The notes: generated from the sequence alone by a model not told the origin. Positions 29,223 through 43,385 are shown, counted from the stretch's first letter. The stretch is DNA of 64,000 nucleotides from Macrostomum lignano (GCA_002269645.1 NIVC01002420.1:1-64000); one strand, 5' to 3'. Made by a program: numbers and translations.

Positions 29223-32200
29223 TTACATATTGTACATGTACTGGGCAACAACTACAAAGACCAAGGACAAAAAGAAGTATATGTTCAGCTGTAGATGAAA
29301 GATCAATACCGACAATATAGTAGTGAGTACCATGGCCGCCGAGACTAGGAACAGCTTGCTGATGTTGGAGGCGAATTTCATAATTACTCCCATGATCATC
29401 CCGCCAATTGCCTGCAGAGGAAAACGTGTTATTGTTTGATAACTTAATAACTTCACAAGGCTGGCTTGGGGTCTACAGGGAATTAAATTGAGAAATTAGT
29501 TCTATAGGAATTGCCCTGATGGGAATTCTCTAGAAGGGGAATTATCCTGATTGTAATTCTCCAGTAAGGAGAATTATCCTGATGAGAATTTACCAGAGGG
29601 AATTATCCTGATAGGAATTATTCAGTTAAGAGAATTATACAAGGGGAAATTTACCAGAGAGGGGAATTATCCTAATGTGAATAGATCAGTAGGAGAATTA
29701 TTCTGATGGGAATTCCCCAGTAAGGAAAATTATTGTCATGGAAATTCTCCACTAAAGAGAATTATCCTGACGGGAATTCCTCAGAGAGGGGAATTATCCT
29801 GACGGGAATTCTCCAGAGAGGGGAATTATCCTGACGGGAATTCTCCAGAGAGGGGAATTATCCTGACGGGAATTCTCCAGAGAGGGGAATTATCCTGATG
29901 GGAATTCTCCAGAGAGCGAAATTATCCTGATGGGAATTTACCAGCGAGGGTAATTGGCCTAGCGGAATTCTATAAGGAGAATTTTAAGTAGCTAGGTAGA
30001 AATTGCTCAGCATGGAATTAATGTAGAGAGAACTCTTGAAGAGGGAATTACAGTAGCCTAAAGCTAATTAAATTTAGTACAATTTACATTCATTAACTGA
30101 CCTGAGATAAGATTAGCACCCAAGTCAAAAAGGTGAATCCGCGAAACAGATCGAACGAGCTGTCGGACCTGCCACGAGCCTGGACAACAAAGGTTAGCAA
30201 ATTGACGGCAACTCCAAAGACGTAAAGCAGAGCGTTCTGCATGTTGATATTGAGAGCCGGCTGCTTTTTGAGCACGTATTCGGTGTAGACTCCGGCCAGC
30301 CCGGACACTGTGCAATAGGCGCTGATCATGAACAGGCCCAGCGGTGTGATGTGCAGGGTGGATGCCTTATTGATGTCAGGAGCTCCGGTGCTTCGTTGCA
30401 GTCCGCCCCAGCTGTTGCTGACGCCGGCAGCGAAGAGGACAAACAGAGATGCCCACTGGATCTGGCTGAGCGGCTTCTTGATTATAAGCCGAAATAGCAC
30501 GGCCGTTGTGAGGATTTTCAGATTTCCCAGCACCTTGGGGTGTTTTGTAGGTAGTTAATGAGGATTAGTTTGCATTGCTATAGCTAGTTAGCTATTAGTA
30601 AACAGGCATGTAAACTCTATGATTTGGGGGTTGGCCCTCATGGCATAAGGAATCACTTAGACTGGAATGTCAAAATCTAGAATAAAAATGAGATAGCAGA
30701 TTTGGTTTAGTGAGATTTTGAGGGTCTCGGTTCGGGATCAGTAGGATCACAGATTAGGGATCAGTGGGATCACAGATTAGGGATCAGTGGGATCACATAT
30801 TAGGGATCAGTGGGATCACAGATTGGGGATAAGTGGGATTACAGATTGGGAATCAGTGGGATCACAGATTGGGATCAGTGGGATCACAGATTAGGGATCA
30901 GTGGGATCACAGATTAGGGATCAGTGGGATCACAGATTAGGGATCAGTGGGATCACAGATTAGGGATCAGTGGGATTACAGATAGGGATCAGTGGGATTA
31001 CTGATTGGGGATCAGTGGGATTACAGATAGGGATCAGTGGGATCACAGATGGGGATCAGTGGGATCACAGATTGGGATCAGTGGGATTACTGATTGGGGA
31101 TCAGTGGGATCACAGATTGGGGATCAGTGGGATTACTGATTGGGGATCAGTGGGATTACTGCTTGGGGATCAGTGGGATTACTGATTGGGGATCAGTGGG
31201 ATTACTGATTGGGGATCAGTGGGATTACAGATAGGGATCAGTGGGATCACAGATGGGGATCAGTGGGATCACAGATTGGGATCAGTGGGATCACAGATGG
31301 GGATCAGTGGGATCACAGATTGGGGATCAGTGGGATCACAGATTGGGATCAGTGGGATCACAGATAGGGATCAGTGGGATCACAGATGGGGATCAGTGGG
31401 ATCACAGATTGGGGATCAGCGGGATCACAGATTGGGATCAGTGGGATTACTGATTGGGGATCAGTGGGATCACAGATTGGGGATCAGTGGGATTACTGAT
31501 TGGGGATCAGTGGGATTACTGCTTGGGGATCAGTGGGATTACTGATTGGGGATCAGTGGGATTACTGATTGGGGATCAGTGGGATTACAGATAGGGATCA
31601 GTGGGATCACAGATGGGGATCAGTGGGATCACAGATTGGGATCAGTGGGATCACAGATGGGGATCAGTGGGATCACAGATTGGGGATCAGTGGGATCACA
31701 GATTGGGATCAGTGGGATCACAGATAGGGATCAGTGGGATCACAGATGGGGATCAGTGGGATCACAGATTGGGGATCAGTGGGATCACAGATTGGGATCA
31801 GTGGGATTACTGATTGGGGATCAGTGGGATCACAGATTGGGGATCAGTGGGATTACTGATTGGGGATCAGTGGGATTACTGCTTGGGGATCAGTGGGATT
31901 ACTGATTGGGGATCAGTGGGATTACTGATTGGGGATCAGTGGGATTACAGATAGGGATCAGTGGGATCACAGATGGGGATCAGTGGGATCACAGATTGGG
32001 ATCAGTGGGATCACAGATGGGGATCAGTGGGATCACAGATTGGGGATCAGTGGGATCACAGATTGGGATCAGTGGGATCACAGATAGGGATCAGTTGGAT
32101 CACAGATGGGGATCAGTGGGATCACAGATTGGGGATCAGTGGGATTACTGATTGGGGATCAGTGGGATCACTGATTGGGGATCAGTGGAATTTAGGATCA

Positions 32201-35133
32201 ATAAGATTACTGATTGGGGATCAGTGGGATCACAGATTGGGATCAGTGAGATCACAGATTGGGGATCAGTGGGATTACTGATTGGGGATCAGTGGGATCA
32301 CAGATTGGGGATAAGTGGGATTACAGATTGGGAATCAGTGGGATCACAGATTGGGATCAGTGGGATCACAGATTAGGGATCAGTGGGATCACAGATTAGG
32401 GATCAGTGGGATCACAGATTAGGGATCAGTGGGATTACAGATAGGGATCAGTGGGATTACTGATTGGGGATCAGTGGGATTACAGATAGGGATCAGTGGG
32501 ATCACAGATTGGGGATCAGTGGGATCACAGATTGGGGATCAGTGGGATTACTGATTGGGGATCAGTGGGATTACTGCTTGGGGATCAGTGGGATTACTGA
32601 TTGGGGATCAGTGGGATTACTGATTGGGGATCAGTGGGATTACAGATAGGGATCAGTGGGATCACAGATGGGGATCAGTGGGATCACAGATTGGGATCAG
32701 TGGGATCACAGATGGGGATCAGTGGGATCACAGATTGGGGATCAGTGGGATCACAGATAGGGATCAGTGGGATCACAGATGGGGATCAGTGGGATCACAG
32801 ATTGGGGATCAGTGGGATCACAGATTGGGATCAGTGGGATTACTGATTGGGGATCAGTGGGATCACAGATTGGGGATCAGTGGGATTACTGATTGGGGAT
32901 CAGTGGGATTACTGCTTGGGGATCAGTGGGATTACTGATTGGGGATCAGTGGGATTACTGATTGGGGATCAGTGGGATTACAGATAGGGATCAGTGGGAT
33001 CACAGATGGGGATCAGTGGGATCACAGATTGGGATCAGTGGGATCACAGATGGGGATCAGTGGGATCACAGATTGAGGATCAGTGGGATCACAGATTGGG
33101 ATCAGTGGGATCACAGATAGGGATCAGTTGGATCACAGATGGGGATCAGTGGGATCACAGATTGGGGATCAGTGGGATTACTGATTGGGGATCAGTGGGA
33201 TCACTGATTGGGGATCAGTGGAATTTAGGATCAATAAGATTACTGATTGGGGATCAGTGGGATCACAGATTGGGATCAGTGAGATCACAGATTGGGGATT
33301 AGTGGGATTACTGATTGGGGATCAGTGGAAGTTAGGATCAATAAGATTACTGATTGGGGATCAGTGGGATCACAGATTGGGATCAGTGAGATCACAGATT
33401 TGGGATCAGTGGGATCACAGATTGGGGATCAGTGGAAGTTAGGATCAATAAGATTACTGATTGGGGATCAGTGGGATCACAGATTGGGATCAGTGAGATC
33501 ACAGATTGGGGATTAGTGGGATCTCAGATTGGTGATGATTAAAAATATCAATTATAAACAAGCACACAAGCAACAGGCACCTGATAAGTGGCCGGGTCCA
33601 TCTGCAGCTGAATGTACACGGCCAGATTGTTATTAAGAGCGTACAGCAGAGCCGGAACCAGGTAGAGCACGGCTCCCCGAGGCGAAGGCAGTTCGAACCG
33701 ACCCAGACGCCGAGCCTCAGGCAGATACAGACCCAGCGATAAAAACAGCTTTGTAAACTCGGTGATCAGCACCATGCTTGACGAGGACCAGGGGATGGTG
33801 CCATCAACTTCCATGAGGTGAACCAGGATGGTGTAGGATGAGTACACGAGGGTGCTGTGAAGGTTAGGGAAGAGCGGTAAAATGCATTAGCACTCTGGAT
33901 ATTACTCAGACGAGATGGGATTTCAGTCTTGAGGAAAATCCCCAAAATCTACTCAGATGAGATGGGTTTTCAGTCACGAAAAAATCCCAAATCCGCTCAA
34001 AATGAGATGGGATTTCAGTCACGGGGAAAAGTCCCAAATCTACTCAGACGAGATGGGATTTCAGTCTCGAGGAAAATCCCCAAATCAACTCAGATGAGAT
34101 GGGATTTCAGTCTAGGGGAAAATCCCCAAATTCCCAAAATCTACTCAGATGAGATGGGTTTTCAGTCACGAAAAATCCCAAATCCGCTCAAAATGAGATG
34201 GGATTTCAGTCACGGGGAAAAGTCCCAAATCTACTCAGATGAGATGGGATTTCAGTCTCGAGGAAAATCCCCAAATCAACTCAGATGAGATGGGATTTCA
34301 GTCTAGGAGAAATCCCCAAATTCCCAAATCTGCTCAGATAAGATGGGTTTTCAGTCACGAAAAAATCCCAAATCCGCTCAAAATGAGATGGGATTTCAGT
34401 CACGGAAAAAATCCCAAATCTGCTTAAAATATGAGATGGGTTTTCAGTCACGGAAAAAATCCCAAATCTGCTCAAAATATGAGATGGGTTTTCAGTCACG
34501 GAAAAAATCCCAAATCTGCTCAAAATATGAGATGGGTTTTCAGTCACGGAAAAAATCCCAAATCTGCTCAAAATATGAGATGGGATTTCAGTCACATGGA
34601 AAAATCCCAAATCTACTCAGAAGATGAGATGGGATTTCAGTCACGGGAAAAATCCCCAAAATACTACTTTAAAGATGAGATGGGATTTAGTCAAGGGAAA
34701 AATTCTAAATCTACTCAAAAGATGAGATGGGATTTTAGTTTCAGAAAGAATTTCCAAATCTACTTAGATGAGATGGGATTTCAGTCTTGGTGAAAAATCC
34801 CTAAAATACTACTATGAAGATGTGAGGAGATTTCAGTTTCGGGAAAAACCTCCGAAACGTACTCACATACTATAATGCACCTCACATTAAAAGAAAGATT
34901 ATTTTAACTTACCCAACAACGAACAGAAATTTAAACAGCACTGGATTCATGTAGGGCTCTTTAACGACTCCACTATTGGAGTCTGTTAGAGTCGCAGAAG
35001 CAGAGCTAACAGGACCGGATTCTGGGGACTGCTTATGCAGATGATGATGATGCAGATTGCGCTGACTATCCGACGGTTCCATACAGACAGACGACATTTC
35101 AGTATCGGAATTTTGCTCCTGGGAAGACTTCAT
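29223..35133 (-). CDS. SLC35A4: Nucleotide-sugar transporter, SLC35A4-like (371 aa)
   Basis: Exons 35133-34913, 33854-33581, 30533-30102, 29411-29223 (1116 nt, phases 2/0/0, GT-AG). Motifs VDGTIPWSSSSMVLITEFTKL, ALLYALNNNL, MDPATYQVLGNLKILTT, LHITPLGL, SGLAGVYTE and MKFASNISKLF match the SLC35A family and SLC35A4 in particular. Start codon is the best guess. Confidence 0.92.
29500..29960. repeat. About 32-bp minisatellite (ggggaattatcctgacgggaattctccagaga) in SLC35A4 intron 3
   Basis: Near-perfect core at 29760-29930 with degenerate flanks. Confidence 0.9.
30733..33535. repeat. 22-23 bp minisatellite (gggatcagtgggatcacagatt)n with a 360-bp higher-order repeat, SLC35A4 intron 2
   Basis: Near-identical ORF translations start at 31186, 31546 and 31906, showing 360-bp periodicity. 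Confidence 0.98.
33905..34850. repeat. About 46-bp minisatellite (gagatgggatttcagtcacggaaaaaatcccaaatc...) in SLC35A4 intron 1
   Basis: Tandem degenerate copies. Confidence 0.95.
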
Positions 35134-35599
35134 TGACCAACGCTGGGTACAATTTTTAGCATTCGACAAGAGGAACACTTGAGAAATTGAGTTAGCATCA
35201 AAAACACGCACAGAGAGAGAGAAATGTAGTCAGCCAGCCTATCTGCAGACGGAAGCAACGCTAGCAAAAAAAGAAACTAAGAAAATTGCCCAAATTCAGC
35301 GCTTGAAAGAAAAACCAATCTATAGCTAGCTGACATTATGAAACTCTACAAAAGAACCTTTCTATTTGTCCAGCCGCTAGCGTTGCCACGATATGCAAAA
35401 GTCAACTACCTTTTCTATGCACACTTTTACAACGGATTGTGTTTTGTCGAGGTTATGTTGAAAAAGATTAACAACTTTGAATGAAATAATTTAAGCAGAT
35501 TATATGGCAACAGCAGAAGTTGAAATGGTAACAAAAATTTTGTTCCTTTTCACTGGATTTTATAGAATAAAAAATGTAAGAGTATTTACACAAGGCTGA

Positions 35600-36450
35600 C
35601 AGTGAGAGACTAAGGCTGGAGTGAGAAAGTTGGATTGACAGAGTGAGAGATTGGAGTGCCAGAGTGAGAGATTGGAGTGCCAAAGTGAAAGATTGGAGTG
35701 CCAGAGTCAGAGATTGAAGTGCCAGAGTGACAGATTGGAGTGCCAGAGTGAGAGATTGGAGTGCCAGGGTGAGAGATTGGAGTGCCAGAATGAGAAATTG
35801 GAGTGCCAGGGTCAGAGATTGGAGTGCCAGAGTGAGAGATTGGAGTGCCAGGGTGAGAGATTGGAGTGCCAGAGTGAGAGATTGGAGTGCCAGGGTGAGA
35901 GATTGAAGTGCCAGAGTGAGAGATTGGAGTGCCAGAGTGAGAGATTGGAGTGCCAGAGTGAGAGATTGGAGTGTCAGAGTGAGAGATTGGAGTGTCAGAG
36001 TGAGAAACTGGAGTGCCAGCGTGAGAGATTGGAGTGAATGAATGAGAGATTTAGGTGCCACAGTGAGAGATTGAAGTGAAGTGAATGAATGAGAAACGTA
36101 AGTGCCAGAGTGAGAGATTGGAGTGCCAGAGTGAGAGATTGGAGTGCCAGAGTGAGAGATTGGAGTGCCAGAGTGAGAGATTGGAGTGCCAGAGTGAGAG
36201 ATTGGAGTGTCAGAGTGAGAGATTGGAGTGTCAGAGTGAGAAACTGGAGTGCCAGCGTGAGAGATTGGAGTGAATGAATGAGAAACTGAAGTGCCAGCGT
36301 GAGAGATTGGAGTGAATGAATGAGAAACTGGAGTGCCAGAGTGAGAGATTGGAGTGAATGAATGAGAAACTGGAGTGCAAGAGCGAGAGATTGGAGTGCC
36401 AGAATGGGAGATTGGAGTGCCAAAGTGAGATATTGGAATTCAAAAGTGAG
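35600..36450. repeat. 21-bp minisatellite (gagtgccagagtgagagattg)n
   Basis: The ERLECQS and LTLALQS ORFs are its translations. Confidence 0.96.
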
Positions 36451-36764
36451 CTGTACTCAGTGAGAAAAAGTATTTGCAGTCTACTTGCATAGCTCAAACA
36501 AAATAGTTCTAAAATTTTAAAGAAACAAAGCCAGACATTTGTTTACTGTAAGGTAGAAAATCTATAGTATTGAATTGACTGAACTAAAGCCATTGAAATT
36601 CAAACAATAGGCCCTACGCTTTTGTTTGCTATTCAGCGAAACTAAGGATCAAGATTTAGGATAAAATTAAGAGCTCTCAGGAGCGTTAAGAAACTGATCT
36701 TTTTAAAATGGATACAGCCTTTAATGGAGATACACTGAACGACTTCCACTAAAGTGTGACACAC

Positions 36765-37190
36765 CATTTAGCACTCTTTACACACTAGTTTGGCACTTCT
36801 TTACACACCAGTTTGGCACTCTTTACACACCAGTTTGGCACTCTTTACACACCAGTTTGGCACTCTTTACACACCAGTTTGGCACTCTTTACACACCAGT
36901 TTGGCACTCTTTACACACCAGTTTGGCACTCTTTACACACCAGTTTGGCACTCTTTACATACCAGTTTGGCACTCTTTACACACCAGTTTGGCACTCTAC
37001 ACACCATTTGGCACTCTTTCCATCCCAGTTTGGCACTCTTTAAACACACCAGTTTGGCACTATTTACACACTATTTGGCACTTTTTACAACCAGTTTGGC
37101 ACTCCTTACATATCATTTGGCACTCTTTACACCCACTTTGGGACTCTACAAACAGTTTGGCACTCTTTACACCCAGTTTGGCATTTGGAG
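36765..37190. repeat. 22-bp minisatellite (ttggcactctttacacaccagt)n
   Basis: Direct inspection. Confidence 0.95.
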
Positions 37191-40100
37191 ATACTTGTAT
37201 GACTTCTTTAAACAAAATAGTTACATTATATGTATTTTTAAATTTTGCAACTATTGAAACTTTGCAACTAGGCATCTATAACTATTAAAGCTTATAAAAA
37301 CATATGTTCCTATTATTATTATTCATGGAAACAAAAAATAAGCCTACTATACTACATTTTTTAGACTTAGTAATTTTAATCCTATAATATTAGTTGTATG
37401 GATAATAAATCTTGGCAATTGTCAAGTTTCATTTAATAAACTGTTTTGATTCTAGGAAATTTATCTATTAACTATTTTAAGCAGGAATAAAAATTTTAAG
37501 GGATTAAGCCTAGGTAAGCACTATTTCTACATTTCAAAACTTGTTATAATGTATTTGATTCTAGAAAGCTACAGTAGTCTATGGCCAAAACTGTTTACTA
37601 TATAAACAAAACTTATTGACTACAATGTAGAACCTATCCAAGTAATACTTTTTGAGGACAAAGTTATTAATAGATCAGCCTCTAACTTTTGTAGCTTCCT
37701 GTCCTAAGAGTCAAGTAGTCTCTGGCCATATTATCATATTATGGAAATATATGCCCAAAATTCTTATATACAAATGTTTTAGCTAGTATACATGTAGCAT
37801 ACAAGGAAGAAAAATAGGCCTAGTTAAAGGAAGAAAATTATAAATTTCTAGCATTATCATTGGATTAAAATTATTAACTAGGCCTATACTTGTTCAAGCT
37901 TGCAGCATAGTGTATAAAAGCATAGAAATATTTGATATCATTGTGTAATTATGCGAAATAATCCTTTGCTATAATATACATAAGTTTTAATTTTTAAATC
38001 GTAACAACAAATTAGGTTTTCAAATTATATAGGCCCTAATAAAATTTTCTACCAATTTCCTAGATTCAAAAAATTTAACAAACAAAATTTGATAGTGGGG
38101 TAATAGTTAAGTCTTTCTAATAGTTAATTACTTAAGTCTTTTTATCACATTTTTAACAACTATCTATAAAAATAGGCCTGACATCCTTTTGCTTTATTTC
38201 CTTTTAGCTAAGATGTCTACAATAAAATATATATCATTAAAAATGAAGAAACTAGATAGGCCTAGTGCACTTAATAAGGTCTAGTTAGGCAATTAAATTT
38301 TTCATTGAACAGAATCAAGAATATATAATTAAATTAATAAATTATGATTACAAATATATATTACAAATTTGATTCCCATCCCTTCAATGCAACATACTAA
38401 AATTAAATGAGTTGTTTATCACTAACATATTATCAATTCTAAATATACTTAATGCCAAAAAAATAACATTAAAATTGACTAGGCCTGATTTTAGGCCTAA
38501 GTAGCCTGATTCTGCTTGGCAGCATGGATTGGTAGGTCTACACTACTACACCAAAAAAATATTTTGTTTCACGAAGGAATGGCAACTGCAACTACATAGC
38601 CTATCGATTTAAACAGGAAATAGTTCAGATATAAAATTGGTTTCTAAAGTCAAAGACGAAAAGAGAATGCAAATTTCCTGTTCAGTCTTGAGTTTTCTCG
38701 TCTTGAGTGAGTCCTTAATTAATATAATACACCACAAATGAGTCTGAAAAAGAGAAAGCTAAAACTCTCCGATCAGAGTCAGACTCCAATACTTTATCTT
38801 TCCGTGTTGCATGCATTGATTACTAGGCCTAATTTTTATTGCTAGGGCCTATTGCGAAGTGACCGTTATGCTTAGACAGCTAAGTGAAGATATAAGATAT
38901 ACTTACGCGCGGGCCTTTCATGCATCATCGTGGTTTAAATCGGTGTGATAACTGATTTCTTACGGAGTAGGCACTATTATAACACACCATTTTGTTTATA
39001 ATTAAGTTTATAATTTTGTATTAAAATTAATTTTGTTTATTATAATTACTTTATTAAACTTTCGACTTTCTCAAACTCAATATTTATTTCCTGATTATAA
39101 GGACGCAAAAAACCACTATATGCGTGCTTTTGAAAGTTGAAACTAGGTTCTAAACTACACGGTAACTGTACTGGTGCGATTTTAAAATTCAATGTCTGTG
39201 CCCTTTTCGGACTTGAGCTTGCTGCTTTTAGGAAATAATAATTTAAGATTTTAAAGAGCATGACATTGGCAGACTTTAAGAGTTTTAACGGAGAAAATTT
39301 TATCGGATAGTCTAAATCTCCAGGTTACATGCAGATAAGAGTTAGCTGAGGCCATGCAGTTACGTGATGCTCTCCGAGGCCGTTGCCATATGACTCCCTC
39401 TCTCTTATCGGCAGCGTCGATCCTTAGATGTCACTTACCTGTTTCTGAAATTAGGCTTATTACGTCAAAAATGTGTGGAAAATGGCAAACATAATGGGGG
39501 TGAGCGTGCGAGAATAGGGAAATGAGTTAGTGATCATGCATATTATTATTGTTTTCAAAGGATAGTAAAAGATAGTAGATCAATAGATGAATTAAAACTC
39601 ATACGAGAGTAAAGTGGAAAGATAGAAGGAATAATGAGAGGGAATTGAGGAGGGTTACACCAGATAGGCAAGCTTATAGAGAGACGGGAGTGGTTGCAGC
39701 TAGGGAGTTTTAAAGCAGAGTGGTCTACTGCACAGAGAGGCGGCATCTATGCTAAACAAAATAGATGCTGCCTCTCTGTCTCTGTGGATACAACAATGTG
39801 GAACAAATAAAATAGATTTATTTTTTTATTTTTTTTCATATTCTATATAGCGACTAACTGGGCATTAAAAAATTATTTGCGCAAGGATATCTCATTTTTT
39901 GCCCGCAAGCGGTTTTTTATTTCTGACTGCATAGGATAGTTCTTGGATTTATTGAAATAAAAACAGCTTGATAAACTCGTGAGAAACCCATTATTGTGCA
40001 AAATAATTGGGAGCATTTTTTAAGAAAACTGCATGCTTATTTAAACTTGTTAGACTGTACAATTTCGGAATCTACCTTTGTAATTAAGGACTCGATCGCC

Positions 40101-40489
40101 AAGGTAGAATAGCTACCAGAGTGAAAGCTGTGATCCTCTGATCCGAAACGGATCGAGCGAAGACTGCCACCGCGGCCGCAGCTCGCGAAGTTGATTTCGC
40201 TGCATTTTGTAAATCAACAGAGAGCAGCGAGCCGGAAGCTCCAGTGGCTGCCAAGTAAGATGAAGATCCTGGACCGGACATCCATGTTAACTGCGTGCCC
40301 AGAGAAGAAATCGACAAGGTGAGAGCACTTAAAAAATCTTCGGCGCATATACAATAGGCTTCTATCTACTCATGGCTGGTCCAAGAAAATTACAAAGGCT
40401 GTTGAACTCTTAAGGCGGTCACTCCAGAGCAAGTACCGCAAAATTCGATTACTGCGTTCAAAGCATTGGCAAATTAAACAAAGAGCCAA

Positions 40490-42390
40490 TTGACCCTAAA
40501 AGATGTGATTCGAGAGTTAAGGGCCAAATGTATTTTGAATGAAGCTGCTGCATCTCGGCTGAATTTCTTGCCCTCCGATTCACTGCTTAGCAGCATTTTG
40601 CCAAGCAAGATTGCTAAGAGGACAAGAATATTCTCCCACGAAGTGCGGAAATTCGCCTCCACATTGCACTTTTACAGCCCGAAGGCCTATGCGTATGCGA
40701 GACAGTACTTTCAGCTTTTGCATCCAGCTTCGCTTAGAAGATGGCTCTCGAATGCGAAATGCTTTCCAGGATTTTGTGACCAAGCCTTTCAGGAACTTTC
40801 TCGGCGACGCAGCTCCAATGATGACCGATCCTTCGACTACTGCAACGTTGTAGCTGATGAAATGTCACTGGAAGCGATGGTTGAGTGGAATTCAAATGAA
40901 GGCAGTTTCTTTGGCTATGTTGACAAAGGCGATGGCAAGTCAACTGGTCAGGAGGCAACTTCAGCATTGGTAGTGATGGCAGTGGGTCTCAAGAGCTATT
41001 GGAAGCTACCTTTAGGATATTTTCTAGTGAGCGGAGTTGATGGCGAATTTCTTTCAAGTGTCGTAGAGGAATCAATCCAGCGGCTCTACCAGGTTGGCGA
41101 ATTATTGCCTCGTCATTTACATGCGATGGGACTCAGCACAATATTCGAGCGATCGAGCTTCTTGGTGCCAGAATAAGCTCTCCCAATGAGATCGTTGCCT
41201 CTTTCCCACACCCCTGCGATCCCGGCATTCAGGTTTCAGCCTTCTTGGATGTGCCGCACATGCTGAAGCTGATTCGAAACCAGTGGCAGTCCCTGGGAAC
41301 ATTTGTTTGGCCGGACAGAGGAAATATTGATTGGAAATATGTGTGCATGTTGCAGCAAGTACAGGAGAGCCATGGACTCAGACTAGGCAATAAGCTGAGC
41401 AGGCATCACATTAACATTGCTAATTTAAAGATGAAAGTTTATTTGGCCTCACAACTTTTTAGTAAGTCGGTGGCTGACTCGTTACGATGGGTGCACAAGC
41501 AAAGCTTGGCCGGATTTAATCATTCCGATGTATTAGTGACAGCAGATTTTATTGAGCACATGAATGATCTGTTCGATGCATTCAACTCGAAGCGATGGTA
41601 AATTATGGGGCTAAAATGGCTCTAAGAGCTGACAACCGGCCTGACTGGATCGACTTCTCCACTGACTCGATCCAGCTTCTCAAGAGCTTAGAAACTCCAG
41701 CTAGATTCAAAATCGTTGACACTGCAAAGAAGACAGGATTTTTAGGCTTCATCACCAATTGCCTTGCCGTTATTGCGCTTGCCAAGTATTTATTTTCAAC
41801 TGGCGAATTCTTCTTTCTTTGCACTTACAAGCTGTCTCAGGATTTTCTAGAATCCATCCAGCACTGTACTCGTATGAATGCATCTAATTGATTGTGAGAT
41901 TTGCCAGTCTATTGTGTATCAATTGCCAGAGCAGTTGTGCGAAGCATGTTGAAAGTTGTCGAATGTGCTCCGTGCAGGTCAGCTCTGACTGCCAGCTCCG
42001 AGACGCCACCAGCTTTTCGTGCCCCTTGCTCACTTGTTGCCTTGAAGAATTTTTTGAACAAGGAAGGAACTGGCGGCTCGATTTTTCCAGCAGCTATGTC
42101 TTCCTACTCAGTGCTGAGTCTGTTATTCGATGTGCCAGCTGTAACAGCCAATTCTCCAGTGACGTAGCAGTTCACGAGACTTTGCGCAAGTCGAGCAATC
42201 TGTTCCGTGAGCTTGACTCGCATTCGGCATCCGCGAGCAGCGGCATTGAGTCGCACAAGCTCCATTTAATTCGAGTCATGACCCTGCTCTTCACAAAGAT
42301 CAGAATGAAAAACTAGCTAAAGAACTTTCTCGCGCAGGAAGGAGACCAGGAAGGAGGCAGAGACTACTTCGAGCAGCAATATTTCTTAAT
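40490..42390 (+). pseudogene. Decayed P-element/THAP9-type DNA transposase
   Basis: FASTLHFYSPKAYAY, SLRRW, VADEMSL, FFGYVD, ALVVMAVGL..YWKLPLGYF; frameshift near 41100 into FTCDG..N; DVPHMLKLIRN; NLKMKVYLASQLFSKSVADSL; NDLFDAFNS; second frameshift; TGFLGF, TYKLSQDFLE; the following FFxxIR/NP segment is missing; C-terminal CAPC and KIRMKN remnants. No THAP domain or TIRs confidently found. Confidence 0.9.
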
Positions 42391-43067
42391 TTATAGTATA
42401 TTCGAAACCAGGTGAGCTATTTATTGACTTAACTTCTATGCTATCAGCAAAAACAAAAAGTCTCATTTTGTCTGCAAGCGTTTTTGTACGACGGTTTTTT
42501 AGTTTTTAATAAATAAATCTAAAATAATACTGGATTTAAACTGTTAAATTGCTAGTTGCACATAAAGTTGGTTAAATGGTTAGCAATCCGTGTTCCATGG
42601 CAAAAGGCAACAATTAATACAGCGGGCCCAATGACTGAGGGGTAGGAAAGGAAGGGAAGCCAAAAATATCGATCGTGAGGGCGTGGGAGCTGGGGTGCCA
42701 TTTTTCCTACTTGGAAAGAGGCACACATTTCTTGCCCCACAATGCGCAGTCTAGTTATACTTATTGGTCTGTGAGGAATTCGTCTAATTGAGACGCCATA
42801 TGCTACAGGTGCCTCTTGTCTGGCCACAATGGGCAAGAAACTCTCCGAAGAGATCGCATGTCTCTGCAGTCAGCTGTCACATAACAAATCAGAAACTATC
42901 TCGCGGAAACCAAACGCCACACAGCAACAAGAATTGAGTTTCAAGCCAAGCAGAGCAAAGCAAAGCAAAACGTCGGAGCGCTGATTAAAGTCCCGGAAAA
43001 TAGCGAGTAGTTGTGTGATTTCTCTGACGTCACAAACGAAATACAAATTGCCACGTTAAAGACCAGA

Positions 43068-43385
43068 AGGGAGAGGGGAAGGAGAGTGGGGAGAGGGGAG
43101 AGGAGAGACGGGAGAGGGGAGAGGGGAGAGGGGAGAGGAGAGAGGGGAGAAAGAGGAGAGAGATGGAGAGAAGAGAGAGGAGGGAGAGGAGGGGAGAGGA
43201 GGGGAGAGGAGGGAGAGGAGAGAGAGGAGGGAGAGGAGGGAGAGGAGAGAGAGGAGGGAGAGGAGAGAGAGGAGGGAGAGGAGGGAGAGGAGGGAGAGGA
43301 GGGAGAGGTGGGGCGAGGGGAGAGGTGAGGGGAGGAGAGAGAAGAGACGGGAAAGGAGAGAGTGGAGAGGGGAGAGGGGAGAATT
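43068..43385. repeat. Purine-rich (GGA/GA) low-complexity tract
   Basis: Almost exclusively G and A. Confidence 0.95.

Noticed and set aside
30970-33516. GISGITDW ORF series
   Set aside because: Intronic satellite of SLC35A4 on the opposite strand.
35134-35460. Upstream ORF like the vertebrate SLC35A4 microprotein
   Set aside because: No convincing uORF seen; the 5' UTR is undefined and runs into tandem repeats.
35468-36497. ERLECQS / LTLALQS coiled-coil-like ORFs
   Set aside because: 21-bp tandem repeat open in several frames on both strands.
39800-40320. Possible THAP domain exon of the P transposase
   Set aside because: Only faint hints (an EHF-like and an AV-like triplet); the C2CH pattern could not be reconstructed.
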